Assembly (NCBI RefSeq): GCF_964204645.1
Contig: NC_134029.1
Location: forward strand, 19,772,950 to 19,836,949
Length of the DNA stretch: 64,000 bases
Origin: Tubulanus polymorphus
Lineage: Eukaryota > Animalia > Nemertea
Direction: 5' to 3'
The translations under genes were made by a program, and so were the position numbers. The notes beneath the pieces were generated by a model. That model was not told the origin of the DNA and did no database searches. It saw nothing but the letters and a program-made list of their open reading frames with translations. Of this stretch, positions 33,101 through 44,460 are shown one piece after another. Position 1 is the first letter of the stretch. Each line of letters begins with the position of its first letter.

Positions 33101-34770
33101 TAGGGGCAAAATCCGATGGTTTTAAGGGAAACTAACTAGAAGTTCAAGCGCGTATTTTGGCAGTGCTTTGACAGGAAAAATATCCATCACGAGAATTTTC
33201 AATGATACTATGCCATTGTTTTACAGAAGGTGGGACCCTTAACAATACAAAGTGGCATCTACATACGTGTAAATTATAAAATACAAAAATAAATTTTGCC
33301 CCCTCATGTAGTAAGCGCCCATAATTTAAAGGGGTACTAAGTTTAAAGGATCCACCCCGTGCCCCTAGTCTATAGGCAACTCATTAACACTAGGGATTAA
33401 ACAACATTATCAAACTTACCGGAAGTATCGGCCAGTTCTAAGAAGCCCGTTTCTGATATCGTACTATCCTCGTCCCTCATAATCAGTCCGTGCGGCCCGT
33501 GGGCGTTGGCCGCTATCACATGCGTCAGGATCGCGCCTTCGAACTTCACGTTGCTGCCGAAGTGCACGTGCTCCATGTTGCAGAACGTCAAATTGGCGTT
33601 CGAGAAATCACAGTTGGACATCGACAAGCCGGCGAAGTCGGCGTGCGTCAGGTTCGTGCCGCGAAACGACACGCGCGTCAACTTCTCGGCCATGTGGCTC
33701 ATGACGATGCGCGAGAAGTCGCACTTGGAAAAGTCGGCGTAGTCGAGATAGAGCTGTCCGATCATCAGCTGCGTAGGCCGGTAGACGACCTTCATGTCGC
33801 CCTTGAACCCGTGGCTGACGCGCACGAAGTCGGTGAACGACTTCTGAAAGTCGTTGTTCGGGCCGTGGTGGTTGTTGTTGATGTACGACAGCAGGTCGTA
33901 CGAGTCGATGAATATGTGGTACGGCCGGTAGAGCTGGTGCACGTTCTGGAAACTGAACGGTATCTCGGCGTTCACGCGGTGGTGATACGTCGCCTGGTCC
34001 TGAAAGATCAACTCGAAACACCGACGCCGGTCGTTCCAGTCGTACATCGGGTTGCGAAACCCGTACTTGTGCGGCTTGCACGCGTGCCCGTATGGGCTGA
34101 AACACTGGTAGAACTTGTACTTCGTCTCCTCGGACGAGCCGGGCTCCTCGAGCCGCAAACCGGGGCACTTGAATATCTTCGAAACGTTCCACGACGTCGT
34201 TTTCAAGCGCGTCGACACGTATTTCTTTTTGACGCGCGCGTTCGCCTCCATCACCGCGTGGAACATGTCGTTGCGACAGAAGTTGACGTCCGGTTTTTTC
34301 AGCGAGTTGAACATGCAGTCGACGACGTACTCGGCGAGCGTGTCGACGTCCGAGACGTTCGCGATCATCACCACCTGGTACTCGTAAACGATCGCCAGCT
34401 CGGTGGCGACCTCTTGTATGACACTTTTCAAGTCGCGCATGCCGATACGCGACAGCTTCGACTTCGCCGTCTGCTTACGCGGCATCGGCGGGCTGCCGCT
34501 TTCGGACTGCGTTCCGGATTGCGGCGGCGCATACGACGCCGGCGCCGACGCAGGCCGGCCGCGGAGGCTGTTCGATTTTTTCAGTCGGTTGCGCGCGCTG
34601 CCGATTCCGATGCGGTTGCGCGTCGGCGGGAAATCGAGGATGCTGATTTTTGTCGCGTTGATCAGCGAGGAATACTTGGTGAAGAAGAATCTAATTATCG
34701 CGTCGTGGAAGAGATCTTTACGATCCTTCACTTCATCCAGGGTCGGATGTCTGGAAGCTTCAGTTGCCAT
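30102..34770 (-). CDS. Uncharacterised ~706-aa protein: unknown N-terminal domain + pentapeptide repeats + degenerate NACHT-like C-terminal domain (exons 33420-34770, 31931-32114, 30102-30687)
   Basis: Three exons join in frame with canonical GT-AG (G|GA, CA|G). Pentapeptides ADFSK CDFSR...TNLTH ADFAG...CDFSN ANLTF. C-terminal RIAVRSECDLFAKVF...W, FTLAFVV, NVLLIVDDSD, CSIVFVTG. Probable non-coding exon ending ~37864. Confidence 0.8.
32204..32507. mobile_element. GGGCCC-TIR MITE (PIF/Harbinger-like)
   Basis: gggcccgcggtttcacga ... tcatgaaaccgggccc; similar class at ~43886-44061. Confidence 0.6.
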
Positions 34771-37700
34771 GACGACTCGAGTAACGAAGGCTGCAAGTTG
34801 ACATAGAAAAAAAATGTTACAAAAAATTACGTTATAATGAAACTACCAGGTAAATAGAAAACCGTATCGTTGTGAAAAGCCATCTCGGCTTTTGATTTTG
34901 TGCATCGACTGCAATGCAAGGGCTAAATTATGACATTGAGATTTTACAGGAGTCCAACATCCTCTTACAAACCAACTTTCTGATGTTACGTAAAGGGGAA
35001 GGTGCAGGGGGTGCATATCCCCCTTAAAAATGTAAATTTGCCCTGATATTTCATGGAAAATGAGAAATATTCAACTGACACCCAAAAAAGTTTAAATTCA
35101 TATGTGCGCCTTGCCCTCTTTATTTCCATCAAAAATGAGTGAATAATATTCGAATAATATCATTACGGAGCAACGAAGAACATATCGAAATATAAACAGA
35201 ACTACTGTTCAATAATTTCTCACTTATACTATAAACAAATTAAGAATTTGATTAATCGAAACATCACAATGAAAACTTGTCATACAAAATCAACGGTATC
35301 TAAGAATAGGTGTGACATGAGTTTGTTCCGATAGATGTGAAAATTCAAAGATTCAAAAAGGGTCTAATTTTGTGAATTTACCTTTTTCCTATACCTACCG
35401 AATAACAGAAACCCTTCGGAATTATCACTTCTATTAAACTTTTATCAGACTTTGCTTACACCGTATTCACACACAGTTTACAAAGAATATCAAACCCTTC
35501 AAACTGTTTACAGTATTGTTCTTATCAATTCAGGGAATTACCGTATTTCAAGTTTCAATTTGATTATCATAGAAATGAACCATTTTCATTAATGCGGTAC
35601 CAAATACGAAATATACGATCTAATACAATTCATAATAATAGCCTATAGGCCTCAGAAAAAGCAACCGGTTAGAATTTAGAAATTTAGAATTTAGAAATTT
35701 AGAATTTAGAAATTCAAGCTGATATCAGTAGTGCTATACAGGCGTAATGCATTGGTTGTTCAAGGCTTAATTGATATCAAAAATACATAAAGAGGACTCT
35801 TTATGTATTTTTGTCGATATGATATATAGAATAAAAGACGTTTGCACCTCAATTTTAAAGATGTATCTAAAGCTTTCCTAAACTTATGGGACTATTTGGG
35901 ATCATTCATTTATTACGTACGCATAAAATTCGAATTTTTCAACCCCCCTCCCGCTCTGTACGCAAAATCGGCCATTTTTTCATATACATTAAGCATTACA
36001 GTACGCAATTGCAATGACCCCTCCCCCTCCCCTAATGCATACGTAATAAATGAATGACCCCTTTTGAATACGCTGGTCTCATCTCAGAACTCGCACTTAT
36101 TTCAAACTAGTAGATTATGCATAAACGGCTAGTCTTACCCGCGAGGTACGCTCTCGCTGGTTTTAAAGGCACTGAATTCTGGTTTTTAAACAAATAAATT
36201 TCCACTAAATACCCATTGATGAAACACAAGCGCTGCCTATCGGTGACAATAGTATATAAAATCCCCAAAAAATAGTCTGAAATGTTTCCTTGAGCTAGTA
36301 GAAGTAAATTCAACGTTTCGACTATTATCCTATTTACTAGTCGTTTTCAGGATTTCCAGTATTCGGATATAGATGTTGAATAAACTTCAAGTTCAAGGAA
36401 ACGTTTCGGTCTTTATTTTTCATGTATGGAATTTTCTAGATTATTTTCAAAACATACTGAAGTCTAACTATTTTGTCTGGGATCGATTATTCGGGGATGT
36501 TTCTCTTAATCTTTCGAAGTCATTCCTGCAGTATGAGTAAACAATCATTTATATATCCATTTTGCATCGTATAAAGGATCAGAGAATAGAGACTCCATTT
36601 TATGAACTGACTCAATTTCAACAATACATTTGCATGCCTACCGTTTGAAATTATTTTCAAATCATCAAAAATCACGATTGGTTCGTAGGCTTGGAAACAT
36701 ATTTAATTACAAATCCATTTAAAATTCTTAAAATCTAACTTTAAAAAATGCCTAATCTTTTTAGCTTTTCAACATGAGATCGGCCTAAGGGATTTTTTAG
36801 CAACCCTTCAATACAGCGTAACACGACTAGGTTAAACTTTGCAATGAGTCACGAATGAAGAGTTGTCCCGCAATCACGAAGCCAAAAATGTACGTAATAT
36901 TGTAACGTTAGAATTTATTATCAAAAATAAAAAAAACCATTTTCAAGGAATGATTCGAAATACGTCACATCAAAGTTTATGCGGCAAAGAGATTATTTGT
37001 AGAGAAGCTGTGTTAACTGGGTTTTAGAAGAAATACGAGCGTTACTATAGGCCCTATAGGTTAACTAATTTATTTGACTAACTCGAGCTTTCTAGTAGCG
37101 TCATCACCTGAAGCTTGTCTTACGAAATATTAATTACTACTCGTCTGGTCGTATTTATAGCAAAGAGAATGGTACTGTTGCGCACGTAACTAGGTGATAT
37201 TGACCGGAGGAAATGAAGAGTTTATTGCGGGCGGAGAAACCAAGGTTACCATCGACAGTGTCAATGTCAGACACAGTGGGATATCAAAACGATTGTTTAG
37301 GGGTCATTCATTTATTTACATTTATTCAAACTACACTGTTTCATCAGTGTATTGAGCATGACCGAATCGATGTGTTCCACGTTCAAAAGATTAAGAGAAA
37401 TATCTCAGAAAAGTTGTAGTCGCATGAAACACTCTAATCTGTGTACACTGTAGATAATCGAAGAAGTCCCGCAATTCGAATTTTATATGAAATGATTTAT
37501 TACAACAAAACCACTTCGCTGTAACAAATGATTAATATTATTATTATCATTATTATTTGCTTTATTTCCTGTAAATCATAACAATATATAAATTTAAAGA
37601 GCTACAAAATGGAAATGACAAATTACATAATTTAAATGTATATTCATTAGTTGTTAAAATATATATTGCTTATCGAATTTTATATTTCATATAAAATTTG

Positions 37701-39038
37701 AATTGTCGGACTTCTTTGATTATCACACTCAAATCAATATCTCCAAATACCCCTGAATTGAGCTCAATAATTACTCAGCCTGACCTGTCTCTGATAACGA
37801 TAAAATTTTCAAAATACGTAACTAAGAATTTTGATCTCGAGCCTAAAAATCGGACGTACTTACCGGAATTAAAGCGTCGTAATAATCATATCCGCCGAAT
37901 ACGACTGCCTACGTGTGTTACCGTCGAGTAAATGCGTTTCTCGATCTGGTTGGATGGGTGGGTGCAACGACGTTAACGCGCGCGCCCTCGCGTGCTGCTA
38001 CTGAAAATAATCAATACGAATCATCATCAAACGGCATCGGTTACCATAGCAACCAACGAACAACGCTTTCGGCTATCAAACAATACTCGATTTATCGTCG
38101 CGGAGAATATCATATTGTAGGGTGGGTCCTCGTTTCGTCCAGCTTTGACTCATTCTAATTTAATGGCGCGCTAAATAGTCTACCAAATCCCTCGACTTTC
38201 GACGACCTTTCTGCCCTATTTTCCATGTTATTTCCTGACATTTCAAAATTCCACGAATTCCCAGATTTCCGGGTAATTTCCACTCGGGCGAGAGAAGGTT
38301 GTCGGAGCCAGGAAAAAGAGGTACTAGATAGAAACGTGGATAAAATGGCAATATCATTACAGCAAAAATTTCATCTAGACTTTCACTGAATTGAGCACTA
38401 AATAGCTGAAATTCCTGGACTTCTAAAGATCTAGAAAACTATTTTTGAATTATCTGACTTTCTTGAACGAGGGCGGCAACTTTCCACCAATTTACAAATT
38501 CCCTGATTTTTCCATGCTAACACAAAAATCCCTGAATGAACCCAAGGCATTTCCTTGGATAATAATTCCATGATTTATTCATTTTTTATGAATCACATAT
38601 AAAGAAACCACAATAGCATTAAATCCGAATTCCCTGAGTTTTCCAGGATTTTTGCAAAGCTTGTTAAATTTCCTGTGTTTTCCACAGGTTTACCAGGTCA
38701 GTGGCCGGCCACCCTGTGAGCCCCATAGCACTAGAAAATGTTTACAAACGATCTCCGAAAAGATGTATCTAAAAAATAACAGGTTGTGTCAAGTTTGCAG
38801 GTTTTTAAGATAAACCAAATCATATTTTTCACTTAAGGAGGAAAAAGCGTATTTCTCAACAGAAAATTATTTTTCTACATGTATAGGAAATTTTGTCCCG
38901 GTTATTACATTTTCGTAAATGTGTATAATCAATTTAATAGCCTAATAGTATGATAACCACACTCAAACGTGGTGAACGGATAATAGGATAAAAACCCACT
39001 AGTTACAATTAGAAGAATTTAAAATCGAGATCTCACAC

Positions 39039-39080
39039 CTGACGATGATCTCTAGTGTGAGATCGAAACGTCGTGTTTTT
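39039..39080 (+). ncRNA. Minimal hammerhead ribozyme-like motif within a Penelope-like repeat (38952-39132)
   Basis: CTGACGA-T-GATCTC-tagtgt-GAGATC-GAAAC-gtcgt-GTT: conserved core plus a perfect 6-bp stem II. Confidence 0.55.
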
Positions 39081-40334
39081 TACATTTTAGAAATAAATTC
39101 TCGATTTTAAATTCTTTTAATTGTACATAGTGTATTGGGTTCATATCAATTGCCTAATGTTGTATCAATTGTCCCGACTAAGATAATCTGAAAAATAATT
39201 TTATAGGCCCTACAAGAATCATCGCAAAGCGAGTTTGATTTGCAGAAAAAATCAATTTCTTTGAGCTTTTCTTCAATTCTTTTTTTCAGTAAAATACTGA
39301 TTGATGTTTGTTCATCATTAGTGATGAATCTCAAATAGGGCCCTATGGCCTTGATGATTTACCGGAGTGCCAAATCAAATCATAAAAGCTTTGACTTGGA
39401 CTTCCTTAGGGCCTTACTTCAAATACAGTATAAAATGGATATAAAAACGATGGTTTTTTCAAACTGCACAGTTTCACTGGTCTTATCTAGTCTTGTACCT
39501 AGCCGTTGTTCCTGAAACAGCTGTATGGAACCGTAACAACGACTGGTATTCAGACTATGGTCTTATCAAGACCAAATTGAGGTACCGGTATATCAATGTG
39601 TCTGAACATTTAAGCGGAATATTCCCAAAAAATCGATCCAAAAAAAATTTGATGATAGGCCTAAAACTTTAAAAGTTTTAGAGACTTTAGTTTTTAAATC
39701 TAAGCAGAGTGACAAAAGATGATGTAAATGATGGCACACAAATTTTTGCGTAGCCACACCGGCCAGGCATAGTCATAGTTCCCTCTGCTCCAGTCAGTAG
39801 CCTACTAATGGATGTATCAGGCCTAAACGTCTTAGACTTAAGCAATTCAATGTTAAGCATGGGGTTATTGTAGGAGGTGATGGATGGAGTCAATCAAAAC
39901 ATTTTTGCGTCAGTTAACCCCTCCCTCTGGGTTGGTTTGTAAGGCACACAATACTTACAAGGCAATGAATACCCTACAGGTATGCCATTTTGAGTAAAAA
40001 AGCAATGGTGTATGAACAGTTTTGACCAGAAAATAAACAAAAATCACTCTACCATGACCCGAACGCACTCCAACCATTTACTTTGGTGGTAACAATAAAA
40101 CGAGGCGGTATTCACGGGACATAGCCTGGTTATCCCATGATCCTGAATATCTGTATATCAAGCCTGTAATTAATATCATAATCACACTTTTAAGATTTCT
40201 TATACTGCACATAAATAAGAATCGAAAAGGAATGTAATTTAAAATTATCAAGAAGTTAATAAAAGTTTAATTCAATTTGTCCGCAGTTTAGGCAGATCCT
40301 TTTTTATTTCCGGTTTCACACACATTGCGTCAAA

Positions 40335-42396
40335 ATGCGCTTGGAAAAATGTTATTATTGTTCGTCGACAGTTTACCCGGGCCACGGAGTCGAATTCGTA
40401 AGGAACGACTGTAAGGTATGTCTCATTGGAAAGCGTTAAATTCATCATTTGTTGTTTCTGAGAAAGAATTACGTAAAAATTCACCGTTCCCAAAAATCCC
40501 GTGATCGTACTAATTATCGAAAAGAACCGTTCGTTATTTCAATGTGTTCTGGCTCAATGGGTAAAGCACTCTAGGCCTACTACTTTTTGGTTTGGTTTTA
40601 AATCCCAATAGGTAAGATTCAAGAATAGGGGACTAGTGGTTAGGATTAGGGTTAGGTTTAGTTCCCTAATCATCATTAATTACTATATACATTACTATCA
40701 TTATATATCATCATTATCAATTACTAATATTATTACTTAATTGATTACTATCACTACATATATATTGCTATAGTCCCCTATTCTTGAATCGCACCGCTGG
40801 GCTCCTTAGCTCGTAGAGCCTTATGCTAGTGCTCCGGTGCTAGTGTGTTTGAATCCCAATTTTAAGCGGCCCCAGTAGCTCAGTGAGATAAGGCGTGATG
40901 CTGCAGCTGTTGCATCAGTGCTGAGTGACAAGTGGGTTCGATGCCGGTTGGCTGCTTACAGTGTGCGGGTTACACTTCAAAGGCGTCCCATCGTGAGGTT
41001 AAATGAATAATCCAATAGGGTTAGTCTTGGATAACCAAGATCCAAGCGACGTAAAGCCAAAACAAAACGAACAAAAAGCTGGCAGTCGCATTAGTGTAAA
41101 AAGATCACCACTGTTTTAACGTCGATTTTCTTCGATTCAATTCGCAGGTCTTCAGATTTTGTCGCGGCAAATGTCACAAGGCGTTCAAAAAGAAGCGCAA
41201 CCCGAGAAAGTCGAAATGGACGAAAGCGTTCCGTAAAGCGGCCGGCAAAGATCTGGCCGTCGACCCGTCGTTGGAGTTCGAAAAACGAAGACACGTCCCG
41301 ATCAAATACGACCGGGAGTTATGGAAGAAAACGATCGACGCGATGAAACGAGTCGAGGAAATTAAACTGAAACGACAAAATCAATTCATTAAAAACAGGT
41401 ACGCCCTAAAAATGTTACCGACAACCGTCATCACATTGTTCCATCCCCTCATTTGTATTTCGAATTTATTTCGGCTTTGAATAAGTCGTCAAAACACAAT
41501 AATGACTACGATGACATAAGTGGAGCCAGCTAAAAGTATGTGTATGTTTAAAGTGGCGGATTCTGAGGGGGTTTTCGAACAAGCTGTTAGTAGTCGTACC
41601 CCCCTTCCTGACCAGGTGCCCTTTCGGAAATCCATTTGATACAGGCTTCTTTACATCCTGTACTGATCTTGATCTGTTATGCGCTAAAATTGCATTAAGA
41701 ATGTACCGGTACCTAAATTTTCGAAACCCTCAGCAAGTGCATCGCACTCACCAGGGCATCTACTATGACTGAAATGCACCTTTCTCATACAAGGAGATCA
41801 CTCTCACTACCCCTGGTTTATATATTTTCTTGATTTTTGTCACTTCTCTGGTTTTTTCTTTCTTAGATTAAAGAAGGGTAAAGAACTTCGCAAAGAAGCA
41901 GATATCAAAGCTGTCAAACAGAGTATACATCTCATCAAGTCGCCTGCTGGTAAGTTCTGTTCGATTTCTTGTGTATGGCTCTCTTCTTATAGTCATGGGA
42001 TCCCAGAATGCAGAATCCCCTTAATTATTGAGGCATTCGTGCAACTTTGACTACTACTAGCGAAAGTCAGTGATCTTTGACTTAAATTTTTGCACACCTA
42101 TATATCCTGCATCCTACAGGACCCAGTACCGGTCAATGCTGCAAACTGCTCAATTCAAAGGCTCTGGATTAGCCTGTAAATGTAGCTTAAGTTTAAGAGT
42201 AGTCGTGTTAGATGTAGGGTGAGAATTAATAGGCATATAACTGAAGGTCCACCCAATAATCCGGATAAGCATTAGAATTGCAAGAATATTCAAACCATAC
42301 TCATCTGGTGTATCTTTTTTTTCAGCTACCGCGAAGGTTTTGGAAAAGAAAATGGAGGTGCAAATATTGCAGGACTCGGATGTCGAAATGGACTAA
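40335..42396 (+). CDS. RSL24D1: Ribosome biogenesis protein RLP24 / RSL24D1 (exons 40335-40415, 41148-41398, 41867-41949, 42326-42396)
   Basis: [27 protein letters not shown]|[34 protein letters not shown]...[31 protein letters not shown]; all junctions GT-AG and in phase. Confidence 0.96.
40614..40791. mobile_element. Small TIR element in RSL24D1 intron 1
   Basis: gattcaagaataggggacta / tagtcccctattcttgaatc perfect inverted repeats. Confidence 0.7.
40866..41077 (+). mobile_element. tRNA-derived SINE
   Basis: A-box tagctcagtgag, B-box gggttcgatgcc, 3' end cgacgtaaagccaaaacaaaacgaacaaaaa; no intact cloverleaf. Confidence 0.6.
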
Positions 42397-44460
42397 AAAA
42401 CTTTGCGTTCTTCAACGCATTTCGAACAGTGATAGAATAAGACTGGACGCTGTGAATGTGAAATCTGTTATTGATGTAAATAGAATAATTCCCACGTGGG
42501 GGATTGATAAAATAAAATACATGAGTATTAAAACTGCAAGCGCTTCGAGTCTTGGTTAGCTCTTGGAAATGGCATAACTGTAAAACGCAGTTAATCTGTC
42601 TAGTCTAGAATCTAGGCTACGATGTCCAGATTGTCTTGTGATACTGCTGGGACAAACATCTCCCAAAAAATTTTGAAGGCACCATAAAGAATTCAGGGGG
42701 GGACAAGGGATCCGCCTTTCAATCCTGAATCTACCAATGATAATGGAACGTATATAAGAATCTGCACTGATCCTCTATAACTGGGAAAGATCAAACAAAA
42801 TCATTAACGTAGTCAAATACTTTAATAATATACTTTATTTGAATTTTTTACAAAAACAAAAACATTTCAAAACAAAGCAATCAGTTCAACGCTGCTATAT
42901 GAATGAAAAGGTTTTTCCACTTTTTCACATGATTGAATATGGATCAAACTTGGATGAAATTTTTAACAAATGTGTAGATGAAATTTTCTCTTATTAATGG
43001 CACTAATGCTTTACCCAAATAAAAGAGCTTTAGGCCCTTGCATGAAGTACATAAAACCCCAATTTACCACTCACAATTGAAGATCGTGTGAAAAATACAC
43101 GAATTATCGACAGGATCTCTACGACTCTTTAAAAATGGAAAATGCTTAATTAAAAGGTGCTAGGAACTCTTTCAATTTTGAGAAATAGGCAATTACCGAG
43201 TGTAGGTAGGATTATGGATTAAAATTTGCTTACAAAACCACCGAAATACCAATTTACCGAGATAAACAGTACAGATTAAGGAGTCGACTTTTATAAGAAT
43301 ATCCTCCAAATTTGCTCCTTTAAAAACCCATTGAATACTCCTTATATCGAGAAATGATTGATCTGTAGGAACCTTGATCCAGGCAGAAATTGAATTTCTA
43401 CCTGCGTGAAACGAACCGACAGAAAACTAAAATTAGCTATAGACATGTTTTTTCTTAGATAAGAGAATAGCCTGAAATAGTCGTAGGATTACTTTGCTCT
43501 ACAAATGATAACATTTTTGCTTATCACAAAGTGTTAGAATAACTTGATATTGTTTATGATATTCGTACGTACCCGGCATATGCATTTTATGCATGGCCTT
43601 AGAGCCAAGTGTTAAAATGATTAACGAATTTGCAGTTAATTACTCAATTAATTAGCTAGAACTGGAAATGATAATTATTCTCCAGTTTTTAACGCCGTTG
43701 CGAGCAGAAAGGAGCAACATTTTTTACACGTGATAACTGTAACCATGATTCGAATCTCAATTTAAATACTGCATGAAGTTGATTCAATATTCCTGAAAAA
43801 ATAAAAGCATTAACCAAATAGTTCATTACAAAGAAAACTAGCGACCATTTCATTTACACCTGTTTCACAATTATCTGTAACAGCCAGGGGCTGCAGTTGT
43901 TCAAAAGTTGGTTAAAAGTTAACCCATAGTTGACATCGTGATGACTATTTAAAGTTAGAGTTAACCAGTGGATAGTTGATATAGTGACAGTTAAAAGTTC
44001 ATTGTTACTATGGTATTCATCCACTGGTTATCTTTAACCAACTTTTGAGCAAGTGACCCCCGTTAATTGCGCCAATACAAAACCAAAACAGTTTCAACAG
44101 CAATATACACCTATTTCGAGATGCGAAAGTATTTTGAAATCAGAATTCATCCACGTTTGATGGCTGTATTTGTATCTTACCAAAACATAAGAACTCTTGA
44201 CGTGTGTGATTGATATTAACAATCCAGGATTTCACTGTGCCACTGGTCATATCAATGCAGCATTTTTAAAGTTATTCGTAAATTCATTCATTTTGCTGCT
44301 AGCGGCCAGGATACACAAACAAGCTGGGCTCCCATTTCATTTCACTGACAATACCAGCTAGGAACCTGTATCTATACCTTACATACCATCTACGTATCAC
44401 AGAAAAAGCATATCAATAACAATAGTAACCTTTACAAATAAAACACGCCGAAATATCCCG

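Noticed and set aside
33490-34806. 438-aa plus-strand ORF
   Set aside because: Antisense shadow of the GC-rich pentapeptide exon; no recognisable domain.
40866-40950. Possible tRNA gene
   Set aside because: Has A/B boxes but no proper acceptor or anticodon stems, and continues into a SINE-like body and tail.
41500-41570. Possible C/D snoRNA in RSL24D1 intron 2
   Set aside because: No clean RUGAUGA C box; the CTGA falls within a GGCGGAT-type MITE end.
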